Assembly: GCA_965222375.1 (NCBI GenBank) | Contig: CBDCTZ010000005.1 | Location: 320,001 to 384,000 of the forward strand | Direction of reading: 5' to 3' | Length of the DNA: 64,000 nt | DNA from: Polyangiaceae bacterium | GTDB lineage: Bacteria > Myxococcota_A > Polyangia > Polyangiales > Polyangiaceae | Shown here: positions 10,701 to 17,570 of the stretch, piece after piece | How the letters are laid out: the number at the start of each line of letters is the position of its first letter | Numbering within the stretch: the first letter of the stretch is position 1 | Notes under the pieces: model-generated | Database searches by the model: none | What the model was told of the DNA's origin: nothing | What the model saw: only the letters and a program-made list of their open reading frames with translations | Position numbers and translations under genes: made by a program

Positions 10701-12511
10701 GTGACGACGACGGCGTCATCGACGGCGACGAGCCGAGCTACGACGTCGACTCGGACGGCGACGGGCTGATCAACGCCCTCGACCCGGACAGCGACAACGA
10801 CGGGATTTTCGACGGCACCGAGCTGGGCATCACTACGCCCAACGCGGACACGGACGTGAGCAAGGGCGTGTATGTGCCGGATGCCGATTCCAATACCAAG
10901 ACCGATCCCCTCAAGAAAGACACCGACGCTGGCAGCGTGCCCGACGGAGCCGAAGACACGAACCACAACGGAAAAATCGACACCGGCGAGCGGGATCCCA
11001 ACAACCCTGCCGACGACGTCACCAAGCCCACGGATACGGACGGTGACGGCCTGAGCGACGATGAGGAAAAGCTCATTGGCACCGATCCCAACGATGCCGA
11101 TACCGACGACGACGGCGTCATCGACGGCGACGAGCCCAACCCCACGGCGGACACGGACCTGGACGGCTTGATCAACGCCCTCGACCCCGACAGTGATGAC
11201 GACGGCCTCTTCGATGGCACCGAGCTCGGCTTGGGCTGCAGCAACCCCGCCACGGACGTCAGCAAGAAGCGCTGCATCCCCGACGGGGACTCGGGCACCA
11301 CCAAGACCTCGCCGCTGAACCCCGACACGGATGGCGGTGGCGCCACGGACGGCTCCGAAGACGCCAACCTCAACGGCGTCGTGGATGCTGGCGAGCAGAA
11401 CCCGACCACGGGCAACGAGGCCGACGACACCAACGTCGTCGACACCGATGGCGATGGACTGTCAGATGGCTTGGAGGCGACCCTGCGCTCCAACCCAAAT
11501 GACAAGGACACCGACGACGACGGCGTTGTCGACGGTGCAGAGAGCAACCCGAGCGACGACACGGACGGCGACGGCCTGGTCAACGTTCTCGATGTTGATA
11601 GTGACAACGACGCTCTATTCGATGGCACCGAAGTGGGGGTCACCACCGCGGATGCCGACACGGACACCACGAAGAACTTCTTCGTGGCCGACGGCGACCC
11701 GAACTCGAAGACCAGCGCCTTGAACCCGGACACGGACGGCGGCGGCGTCCGCGACGGCTCCGAAGACGTGAACCTCAATGGCGTCGTGGACACCGGGGAA
11801 CTGGACCCCAACGTCGGCGCCGACGACACCACGGTCGTTGACACGGACGGCGACGGCCTGAGCGATGGCCTGGAGTCCACTCTCAACTCCAACCCCAACG
11901 ACGACGACAGCGACGACGACGGGGCCCTGGATGGTGAGGAGGCCAACCTGAGCGCGGACACGGACGGCGACGGCACCATCAACGTGCTGGATTCCGATAG
12001 TGATGCGGACGGCCTCTTCGACGGCACGGAACTCGGCAACGACTGCAGCAACCCGGATACGGATACGACGAAGAACGCCTGCACCGCCGACGCCGATTCA
12101 GGTGCAACCCGAACCAGCATGGTCAACCCAGACACGGACTTCGGCGGCGTCTCGGACGGCGACGAGGACGTGAGCAAGAACGGCGCTGTTGACGCCGGCG
12201 AGCGCGATCCCCTCGACCCCGCCGACGACACTGTGGTCCCGGATGGTGGCACCGGCGGTGCCGGCGGTGCCGCGGGCAGCGCGGGCGCCGCAGGCAGTGG
12301 TGCCGCGGGTGCTGGCGGCCAGGTGGATGGCGGGGCGGGCACCGGTGGTGCCGGTACCGGCGGTTCCAGTGCGAACAACCCGCTCAATGACTACGATCTA
12401 GAAGGCGGCGGTTGTTCCTGTCGGGCCGCGGGTGGCGATTCCCGTACGCCGCTGTGGCTCGGAGCGCTTGCTGCGCTCGGCTTCGCCCTGATCCGACGTC
12501 GCCGGCGCTGA
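7700..12511 (+). CDS. Large surface adhesin: AgmC-like Gly-rich N-terminal domain, 5 Ig-like repeats, Asp-rich Ca-binding repeats, MYXO-CTERM
   Basis: DGSVTVTAANTVLNQY...QIVRVPQ...AWDGSRGGIVA...GFRGG resembles the AgmC N-terminal domain as I recall it. C-terminus GGGCSCRAAG-hydrophobic helix-RRRRR. ATGA overlap with the OmpA gene. Confidence 0.85.
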   Translation: MSGLMKTSEKNVRASMRRPGRMTRLVSTLLCGTGLLSLGCSSVGEEEKAPPEPIAKKAQLLPGEDGSVTVTAANTVLNQYAALASNVAAGATSLTVTNAADLDSTTFGPLAAGDLLMVVQMRGASINTTNTVNYGSVTALNNAGNYEYVGVQSVAGNVITLGCATQNAYTASGNVQIVRVPQVDNLTIGASGSVTAPAWDGSRGGIVAVHATNNINVLGGVVADALGFRGGATDNSTANGQTGYRGAAASFGGEKGEGIAGYQAVYDALNGRYGRGAPANAGGGGNNHNAGGGGGSNARFGAAWTGQGVMLGTVTGAAAWLLDPGYIANGNALTDSEGGGRGGYSWSNSNQDALVVAPGNNAWAGDNRREVGGLGGRPLDPAANGRLYLGGGGGAGDGNNGAAGRGGNGGGMIFMTALGQIVGTGSISADGEQGGVSAGNPGDAPGGGGGGGTVVLNAAVSSSLTISADGGAGGNQTLSATNEAEGPGGGGGGGYVAIRSGSPTRTAAGAPGGTSNRPSVTEFPTNGATAGNNGLANAVVTTIPYCTEAAAPDTSFLTTEPDPTSDPTGDFTFASTENFVIYRCSIDNGPFFTCPQTYSTPALSDGSHNLRVRAQDLSGNVDPTPASYTWVVDTAPPDTTIPTTEPDPTNDPTGDFAFGSNESGVTYECRVDGAAFAACTQTFSTAALADGSHTIDVRAVDGAGNVDPTPASYTWTVDTAPPDTTIPTTEPNPTNDTTGDFAFGSNESPVTYECRVDGAAFAACTQTFSTAPLSGGSHTIDVRAIDAAGNVDPTPASYTWVVATAAPDTTIITSEPDPTNDPTGDFAFGSDQSPVTYQCSINGGTFTDCPQTYSTPALPDGSYTIAVRARNSVGVLDPTPATYTWTVDTAPPDTNFVTTEPNPTTDPTGDFAFGSNESPVTYECSIDGGTFTACTQTFSTPALAAGSHTISVRATDAAGNVDPTPATYTWTVTAAPTDTDGDGLPDTEETTIGTDPNDADSDDDGVIDGDEPSYDVDSDGDGLINALDPDSDNDGIFDGTELGITTPNADTDVSKGVYVPDADSNTKTDPLKKDTDAGSVPDGAEDTNHNGKIDTGERDPNNPADDVTKPTDTDGDGLSDDEEKLIGTDPNDADTDDDGVIDGDEPNPTADTDLDGLINALDPDSDDDGLFDGTELGLGCSNPATDVSKKRCIPDGDSGTTKTSPLNPDTDGGGATDGSEDANLNGVVDAGEQNPTTGNEADDTNVVDTDGDGLSDGLEATLRSNPNDKDTDDDGVVDGAESNPSDDTDGDGLVNVLDVDSDNDALFDGTEVGVTTADADTDTTKNFFVADGDPNSKTSALNPDTDGGGVRDGSEDVNLNGVVDTGELDPNVGADDTTVVDTDGDGLSDGLESTLNSNPNDDDSDDDGALDGEEANLSADTDGDGTINVLDSDSDADGLFDGTELGNDCSNPDTDTTKNACTADADSGATRTSMVNPDTDFGGVSDGDEDVSKNGAVDAGERDPLDPADDTVVPDGGTGGAGGAAGSAGAAGSGAAGAGGQVDGGAGTGGAGTGGSSANNPLNDYDLEGGGCSCRAAGGDSRTPLWLGALAALGFALIRRRRR
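9350..10620 (+). repeat. Five tandem Ig-like coding repeats (255-bp / 85-aa period)
   Basis: (D/A)TA(P/A)PDT junctions at 9596, 9851, 10106 and 10361. Each unit carries GDFxF, YxC.(V/I).G..F..C and DPTPAxYTW. Confidence 0.9.
10631..12230 (+). repeat. Four ~400-bp Asp-rich DTDGDGLxD (TSP3-like Ca-binding) super-repeats
   Basis: DTDGDGL starts at 10631, 11033, 11441 and 11840. Each unit contains D(S/T)DDDG..DG.E and FDGTExG motifs. Confidence 0.85.
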
Positions 12512-12598
12512 ACCCGGCAGCGGAGTCCGCGCGTCAACTTCGGGCGCGCGGACCCAGGCGGCGGTACGACCCGCCAAACGCGCTATTGTTGCAGGCGC

Positions 12599-13525
12599 AT
12601 GTGGCCTGCCTACCGAAGCGTTCCCCTGACGGAGATCCACCGTCGCGCCGAAGTGGCTCTGCAGAGCCTCGCGAGTTGTGAAGTCTGCCCGCGCAACTGT
12701 CGGGTCAATCGCCTGGAGGGAGAGGCGCGGGTTTGCTCCACGGGGCGCTACGCTCGGGTCAGCACATGGTTTTCCCATTTCGGCGAAGAAGATTGCCTAC
12801 GGGGCTCGCGGGGGTCAGGGACAATCTTCTTCGCCTTTTGCAACCTCAAGTGTGTGTTCTGCCAAAACCACGACACCAGCCAGGCCGGTCAGGGCCGCGA
12901 ACTATCACCGGAGGCGCTCGCTGCGGCAATGCTCGACCTCCAGGAGCAAGGTTGCCACAACATCAACTTCGTCACTCCCGAGCACGTGGTGCCGGAGATC
13001 TTGGAGGCGCTACCCATTGCCATCGAGCGTGGCCTAGAGCTCCCCATCGTCTACAACACCAGCGCCTACGACGCCCTCGAGTCCCTGGCATGGATGGACG
13101 GCTTGGTCGACATCTACATGCCAGACTTCAAGCTTTGGACGAAAGCCAGCGCGACCCGTTACGTCAAGGCCAAGGACTACCCTGAAGTCGCGAAGCAGAT
13201 CCTGCGCGAGATGCATCGCCAAGTGGGGCCGTTGCAGATCGGCAAGGACGGGCTCGCCCGGCGCGGAGTATTGGTGCGCCACCTGGTCATGCCCGGGCTG
13301 CTCGAAGAGTCAGCGCAGGTCTTCGCGTTCTTGGCAGAGCTGGACCCAAACACGTACGTGAACGTCATGGCCCAGTACCGACCCGAGTACCGCACCTCGC
13401 AGTATCCGGAAATCCACCGTCGGCCAACCGAAGAGGAAATGGACAAAGCTCGGGAGCTGTTCTTCGCCGCTGGCCTCACTCGCCTCGATAGCCGAGGTCC
13501 GCGCCGCCTGTTCGTGCTGGACTAG
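12599..13525 (+). CDS. Radical SAM protein, PflX (PFL-activating-enzyme-like) family
   Basis: CEVCPRNCRVNR, HFGEEDCLRGSRGSGTIFF, CNLKCVFC (CxxxCxxC), DIYMPDFK, VRHLVMPG. Confidence 0.9.
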   Translation: MWPAYRSVPLTEIHRRAEVALQSLASCEVCPRNCRVNRLEGEARVCSTGRYARVSTWFSHFGEEDCLRGSRGSGTIFFAFCNLKCVFCQNHDTSQAGQGRELSPEALAAAMLDLQEQGCHNINFVTPEHVVPEILEALPIAIERGLELPIVYNTSAYDALESLAWMDGLVDIYMPDFKLWTKASATRYVKAKDYPEVAKQILREMHRQVGPLQIGKDGLARRGVLVRHLVMPGLLEESAQVFAFLAELDPNTYVNVMAQYRPEYRTSQYPEIHRRPTEEEMDKARELFFAAGLTRLDSRGPRRLFVLD

Positions 13526-13688
13526 CTCCCGGCGCTCCGGCGCGGGCCTGCCCCCTCTGCCGTGGCGCGAGGAAACCGCCGCAGGCGATGTTGGATCGGC
13601 TACCGCAGCAGAGCGCTCGTGCATAATCCGGGCTAGGCTTGCTTCCGCAAAGAAGATGGAGCTGATTGGTCACGATGGCGGCCCGAGC

Positions 13689-13934
13689 ATGGCCACCTGC
13701 AAGCACTGCGGCGCCCCCGGCGTGGGCCCGTGTGCCCGCTGCGAGCTGCCGCTATGCGGAGACTGCGCCATCCTGAGCGAAGGCGGCGTGAAGGTCTTCG
13801 CAATCTGTCGCGACTGTGCCGCAGAAGGCACCGGGCAGCTCGCAGGCCCCTGGCGAGGCGTGATAACAACGTTCCTGCTGCCCATTGCCGGGCTGGTCGT
13901 GGTGCTCTTCCTGCTCTCTCTCTTCTTCCGATAG
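13689..13934 (+). CDS. Small membrane protein with a B-box-like Cys-rich zinc finger
   Basis: Four CxxC motifs followed by a C-terminal hydrophobic helix. Confidence 0.7.
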   Translation: MATCKHCGAPGVGPCARCELPLCGDCAILSEGGVKVFAICRDCAAEGTGQLAGPWRGVITTFLLPIAGLVVVLFLLSLFFR

Positions 13935-13965
13935 CCCCGCCGCAGCCGCCGAGCCAAAAGCCGTC

Positions 13966-14769
13966 ATGGGACTCTTCGATGTTCACGCGCACCTCACGCA
14001 CCCCAAGCTATTTCCGCGTGTGGACGAGCTGCTCGAAAACGCGCGCCGCGCTGGCGTATCCACGATCATCAGCAACGGCCTGAACCCCGGCGACAACGAA
14101 CGCGTCCAGGAGCTGGCCCAACGCTCGGATCTCGTCGCCCCCGCCTACGGCTTCTACCCGGTCGACACGGTGCTTGCCGAGATGGTCCGCCGCGACATCG
14201 ACTACCCCCGAGACGGACAGCCCGTCGAGGCCGCTGAGGGCATCGCTTGGGTGCGCAAGCACGCACGCGACGGCATTGCCGTCGGCGAGATCGGCCTCGA
14301 CGGCTATTGGGTGCCGCAAGAACTGTGGCAGCTACAAGAGGACGCTTTCCGAGAGCTCGTGAGCATCGCCTTGGAAAACGACAAGCCCATCATCATTCAT
14401 ACCCGCAAGCGCGAAGCTCACTGCTTCGAGGTGCTCAAAGAGATGGGCGCCGAGCGCGTCAACTGGCACTGCTTCGGCGGGCGCGTGAAGCTCGCGCGCC
14501 GGATTGCCGAGCACGGCCACTACTTGAGCATCCCCGCCAACGCCCGTCGCAACGAAGCCTTCACGCGCATGGTGCAAACCCTACCTCGACAGCGCGTGCT
14601 TCTAGAGACCGATTGCCCCTACCTGTCGCCGAACCGTGAGGTCGACAACGAGCCCGCTTTCGTCCGCGGCACCGCGGAGTTCTTCGCCGAAAATTGGGAC
14701 ACATCTTTGGATCAGGTCACGGAGCAACTATCCGACAACTTCGAGCGCTTGTTCCGAGTGCGGCCTTGA
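13966..14769 (+). CDS. tatD: TatD family hydrolase/DNase
   Basis: DVHAH, GEIGLD, IIHTR, HCF and LETDCPY motifs. Confidence 0.9.
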   Translation: MGLFDVHAHLTHPKLFPRVDELLENARRAGVSTIISNGLNPGDNERVQELAQRSDLVAPAYGFYPVDTVLAEMVRRDIDYPRDGQPVEAAEGIAWVRKHARDGIAVGEIGLDGYWVPQELWQLQEDAFRELVSIALENDKPIIIHTRKREAHCFEVLKEMGAERVNWHCFGGRVKLARRIAEHGHYLSIPANARRNEAFTRMVQTLPRQRVLLETDCPYLSPNREVDNEPAFVRGTAEFFAENWDTSLDQVTEQLSDNFERLFRVRP

Positions 14770-14938
14770 GCGACAACCCGCCACCGCCGTCAGTGCCGGG
14801 GCTTTTCTGGTTGGTTGGGGTCGCATCGATGCAGCGGCTCTGGGCCACTACTCCCAAGCTGGGCCGCGTGGCGCAGGTTCGGCGACCAAGAGCGAAGGCG
14901 TGTCCACATTTGCCAACCCAGCTGCTAGGCTCATGGCC

Positions 14939-15694
14939 ATGCGCACGCTAGCCGTATTGATCACTGCCGGCGCGGTTTGCGGCTGCGCCGGTGCGGGACC
15001 GAGCGCTGAGTCGCCACCTCCCCCGCCGCATCCAACCACGCCGCCACCCGAGCCACCGCCGCCGGGCCCGCCCCCACAGCCACCGCCACCCGATTCCTCA
15101 CCCCCGGAGCCGCCATCACCGGGGCCGCCACCCGGAAGCTCCCAGTGTCAGGGCCCTGCACCAGGCCCTGGCTACGAATGCGTACAGAACTGTGGTCCTC
15201 CCGTGGCACGCGCCGGCGATCCACCCCCGGGGTTCCGTTGGCTCAGCGCCGAGGACGCGCAGAACCGGAAAAAGTTCGGCTGCCCGATCTGCCTACCGCC
15301 CGCCGCAAGCATCGCAACGCCAAACGGCCCTCGCCCGGTCAGCGCGCTTCGGGTGGGCATGAAGCTCTGGACCCTCGATAGCCAAGGTCGGCGAGTCGCC
15401 GGCGTCGTCGAATACGTCAACTCGATCCCGGCGCCGAACCACCACCAATTGGTGCGTCTGGCTCTCGACGATGGGCGCCGAGTCGCCGCTTCGGGCGGGC
15501 ACCCCCTAAGCGATGGTCGTTCCTTCGCGCAGCTGAGCGTCGACGATCCCATTGACGGTGCCCGCGTGCTGCGCGTCGAGCGCATCCCGCTGGATGGCGG
15601 TCGGACCTACGATCTCCTGCCGAGCGGCCCCTCAGGCGCCTACTGGGCCGACGGCGTGTTGGTGAAGAGCACGCTCACGCACAAGGTCCGCTAG
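14939..15694 (+). CDS. Lipoprotein with Pro-rich stalk and C-terminal Hint (Hedgehog/intein) domain
   Basis: Lipobox-like AVCGC and poly-Pro linker. Hint block A CLPPAASIATPNG starts at 15290; block B SGGH; block F TYDLL; block G YWADGVLVKST. Confidence 0.85.
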   Translation: MRTLAVLITAGAVCGCAGAGPSAESPPPPPHPTTPPPEPPPPGPPPQPPPPDSSPPEPPSPGPPPGSSQCQGPAPGPGYECVQNCGPPVARAGDPPPGFRWLSAEDAQNRKKFGCPICLPPAASIATPNGPRPVSALRVGMKLWTLDSQGRRVAGVVEYVNSIPAPNHHQLVRLALDDGRRVAASGGHPLSDGRSFAQLSVDDPIDGARVLRVERIPLDGGRTYDLLPSGPSGAYWADGVLVKSTLTHKVR

Positions 15695-15780
15695 CCGACC
15701 GACTCGCGCAAGGAGTTTCGCCATTCAACTGATGTGAGTGGTCGCTCGACGACGCAGCTCAGCCGTGTACGCTATTGGGC

Positions 15781-16146
15781 ATGGCGATTGGAAAATGGGT
15801 GCTCGCTCTCGCGCTGCTGGGCTGCTGCGCAGTCGGGTGTGACGGCGACGACAACGAGGAGGTCGGCCCGGGGGGAAGCCTGGTGGGTGGGTCCTGCTCG
15901 AACTCCGACGACTGCCAGGAGCGTTGCGTTCGCGGCGGCGACTATCCGGGCGGCATGTGCACGGTCGGATGTGCGTCGGATGACGACTGCCCGCGGCACA
16001 CGGCATGCATTTCGGACGAGGGCGGCATCTGCAGCATCGTCTGTGATCGAGGCGACGACTGCGCCGACTTCGGCAAGGAATGGACCTGCAAAGACCGAGA
16101 CCGTCGAGGCCACTCCGGCAAGGTCGGCGTGTGCCGCGGCGATTGA
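15781..16146 (+). CDS. Small Cys-rich acidic lipoprotein
   Basis: Lipobox AVGC followed by repeated CxxDDDC motifs. Confidence 0.8.
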   Translation: MAIGKWVLALALLGCCAVGCDGDDNEEVGPGGSLVGGSCSNSDDCQERCVRGGDYPGGMCTVGCASDDDCPRHTACISDEGGICSIVCDRGDDCADFGKEWTCKDRDRRGHSGKVGVCRGD

Positions 16147-16155
16147 CCGCCGCTG

Positions 16156-17400
16156 CTACTCGCCGCGCTTCTTCTGCAAGCTGTGGGTGATCTTGCCAGG
16201 GGCGTCGACGGCGCGGCTGATGACGCCGCGGCCGAAGCGCTCTTCGATCGCGTCCAGGGCGGGCCCCAAGTCTCTTGTCTTCGAGCGCTTCGCGAACAAG
16301 TCGAGTTGTTCGGGCCCCGCTTCTTCGATACCGCTCACGCTAACACCCAGTAGCCGCACGGGCTGCTGCAGCCGAAGTTCGTCCCAGAGCGATAGGGCGA
16401 CTTCCCGAATCAGGGTGCCATCGTCCGTGGCGACATCCAGCGAGCGTTGCCGTGTCAACAAAGGGTAGATCGGCTCTTCGGGCTCACCGGCGTTGCGCGG
16501 AGCCTTGCGACCTCGGCGACTTCCAAGCTTCGCCTTCAACGTCACCGTGCGTCCCCGAAATCCGTCGTTGCGCAGGCGACGCGCGACGGCCTCAGCGTGG
16601 GCGGTGAGCGCTCCGCTGACGACGGAACGCTCCATCACGTCTCGTTCGAAGGTGTTTTCTTCACCATAGGACTTGGGGACCCGCTCCGCGACGACTTCCC
16701 GCACGTCATTGCCCAGGGCTAGCTGTCGCAAAGCCTCGGCTCGATTGCCTGCCACGCGAGTGAGTCGGGCTAGGTCAGCCTGGGCGAGATCGCCGAAGGT
16801 GTGAAAACCGGCCGCGACCAGAGCACGCCCGAGCACGGGGCCCACACCGAACATGCGTCGGATCGGTAGTGGCGTAACGAAGGCACGCACAGCGTAGTCC
16901 GGCACGACGAGCAGACCGTCGGGTTTGCCAAAGGTGCATGCGATCTTGGCAACGTGTTTGTTCGGGGCCACTCCAATACTCACGACAAGGTCCGTCACCT
17001 CGCGCACGCGCCGTTTGAGTTTGCGCGCCAGTGGCAGCGCCCCGCCAAAGAGGCCGATGGATCCCGTGATGTCCAGGAAGGCTTCATCTAGCGCGAGCGG
17101 CTCGATCTCCGGCGTGAACTCCTCGAATACGGCGTGGACCTGCGCACTGACCTCGCCATACTTCTTCATGTTGCCACCCAGGAAGATGCCCTGGGGACAA
17201 AGCTCACGCGCGCGAAAGCCGGGCATGGCGCTGTGCACGCCGAACTCGCGCGCCTCGTAGGACGCCGCCGACACAACGCCCCGGGCGCTGGTGGCCCCGA
17301 CGATGACGGGCTTGCCCCGGAGCTCCGGGTCGTCCCGTTGTTCGATGGACGCATAGAAAGCGTCCATGTCGGCGTGCAGGATCAGCCGCTGTTGGGCCAC
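16156..17400 (-). CDS. dinB: DNA polymerase IV (Y family)
   Basis: HADMDAFYASIE, SYEAREFGVHSAM, LDEAFLD, AKIA...KPDG, VRLLGV. Confidence 0.95.
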   Translation of the reverse strand: MAQQRLILHADMDAFYASIEQRDDPELRGKPVIVGATSARGVVSAASYEAREFGVHSAMPGFRARELCPQGIFLGGNMKKYGEVSAQVHAVFEEFTPEIEPLALDEAFLDITGSIGLFGGALPLARKLKRRVREVTDLVVSIGVAPNKHVAKIACTFGKPDGLLVVPDYAVRAFVTPLPIRRMFGVGPVLGRALVAAGFHTFGDLAQADLARLTRVAGNRAEALRQLALGNDVREVVAERVPKSYGEENTFERDVMERSVVSGALTAHAEAVARRLRNDGFRGRTVTLKAKLGSRRGRKAPRNAGEPEEPIYPLLTRQRSLDVATDDGTLIREVALSLWDELRLQQPVRLLGVSVSGIEEAGPEQLDLFAKRSKTRDLGPALDAIEERFGRGVISRAVDAPGKITHSLQKKRGE

Positions 17401-17470
17401 ACCGGCGTTGTTTCACGCGCGCTGCATGGGAGCAAAGGTGACGGACGCCGGTGCGACCTGAAGCGTCACA

Positions 17471-17555
17471 GCGACACCGCATGTCGCACGTAAGTGTTTG
17501 ATTTTAATAGGAAATTCAGCGGGTTTTGGTTGGCCGCTTCGGCACGGTACCTGCA
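17471..17555 (+). promoter_or_regulatory. Putative sigma54 promoter with IHF site and upstream palindrome, driving the DUF1592/DUF1552 operon
   Basis: cGGCACGgtacCTGCa with GG(17541)-N10-GC(17553). TAAGTGTTTGATT at 17491-17503 is AATCAAACACTTA on the other strand, matching IHF WATCAANNNNTTR. GCGACA-N5-TGTCGC palindrome at 17471-17487. Confidence 0.7.
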
Positions 17556-17570
17556 CACTTGCCGAATATT

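Noticed and set aside
9350..12230. Adhesin repeats as a DGR template/variable-repeat pair
   Set aside because: They are in-frame protein domain repeats with mostly synonymous-type divergence, not adenine-specific changes, and no intact RT is present.
10738..12387. Long antisense or alternate-frame ORFs (e.g. 10738-12387 -, 23039-24487 +, 32036-33361 +, 28011-28844 +)
   Set aside because: These are shadows of well-supported genes or of the intron in high-GC DNA where stop codons are rare. They show no protein motifs.
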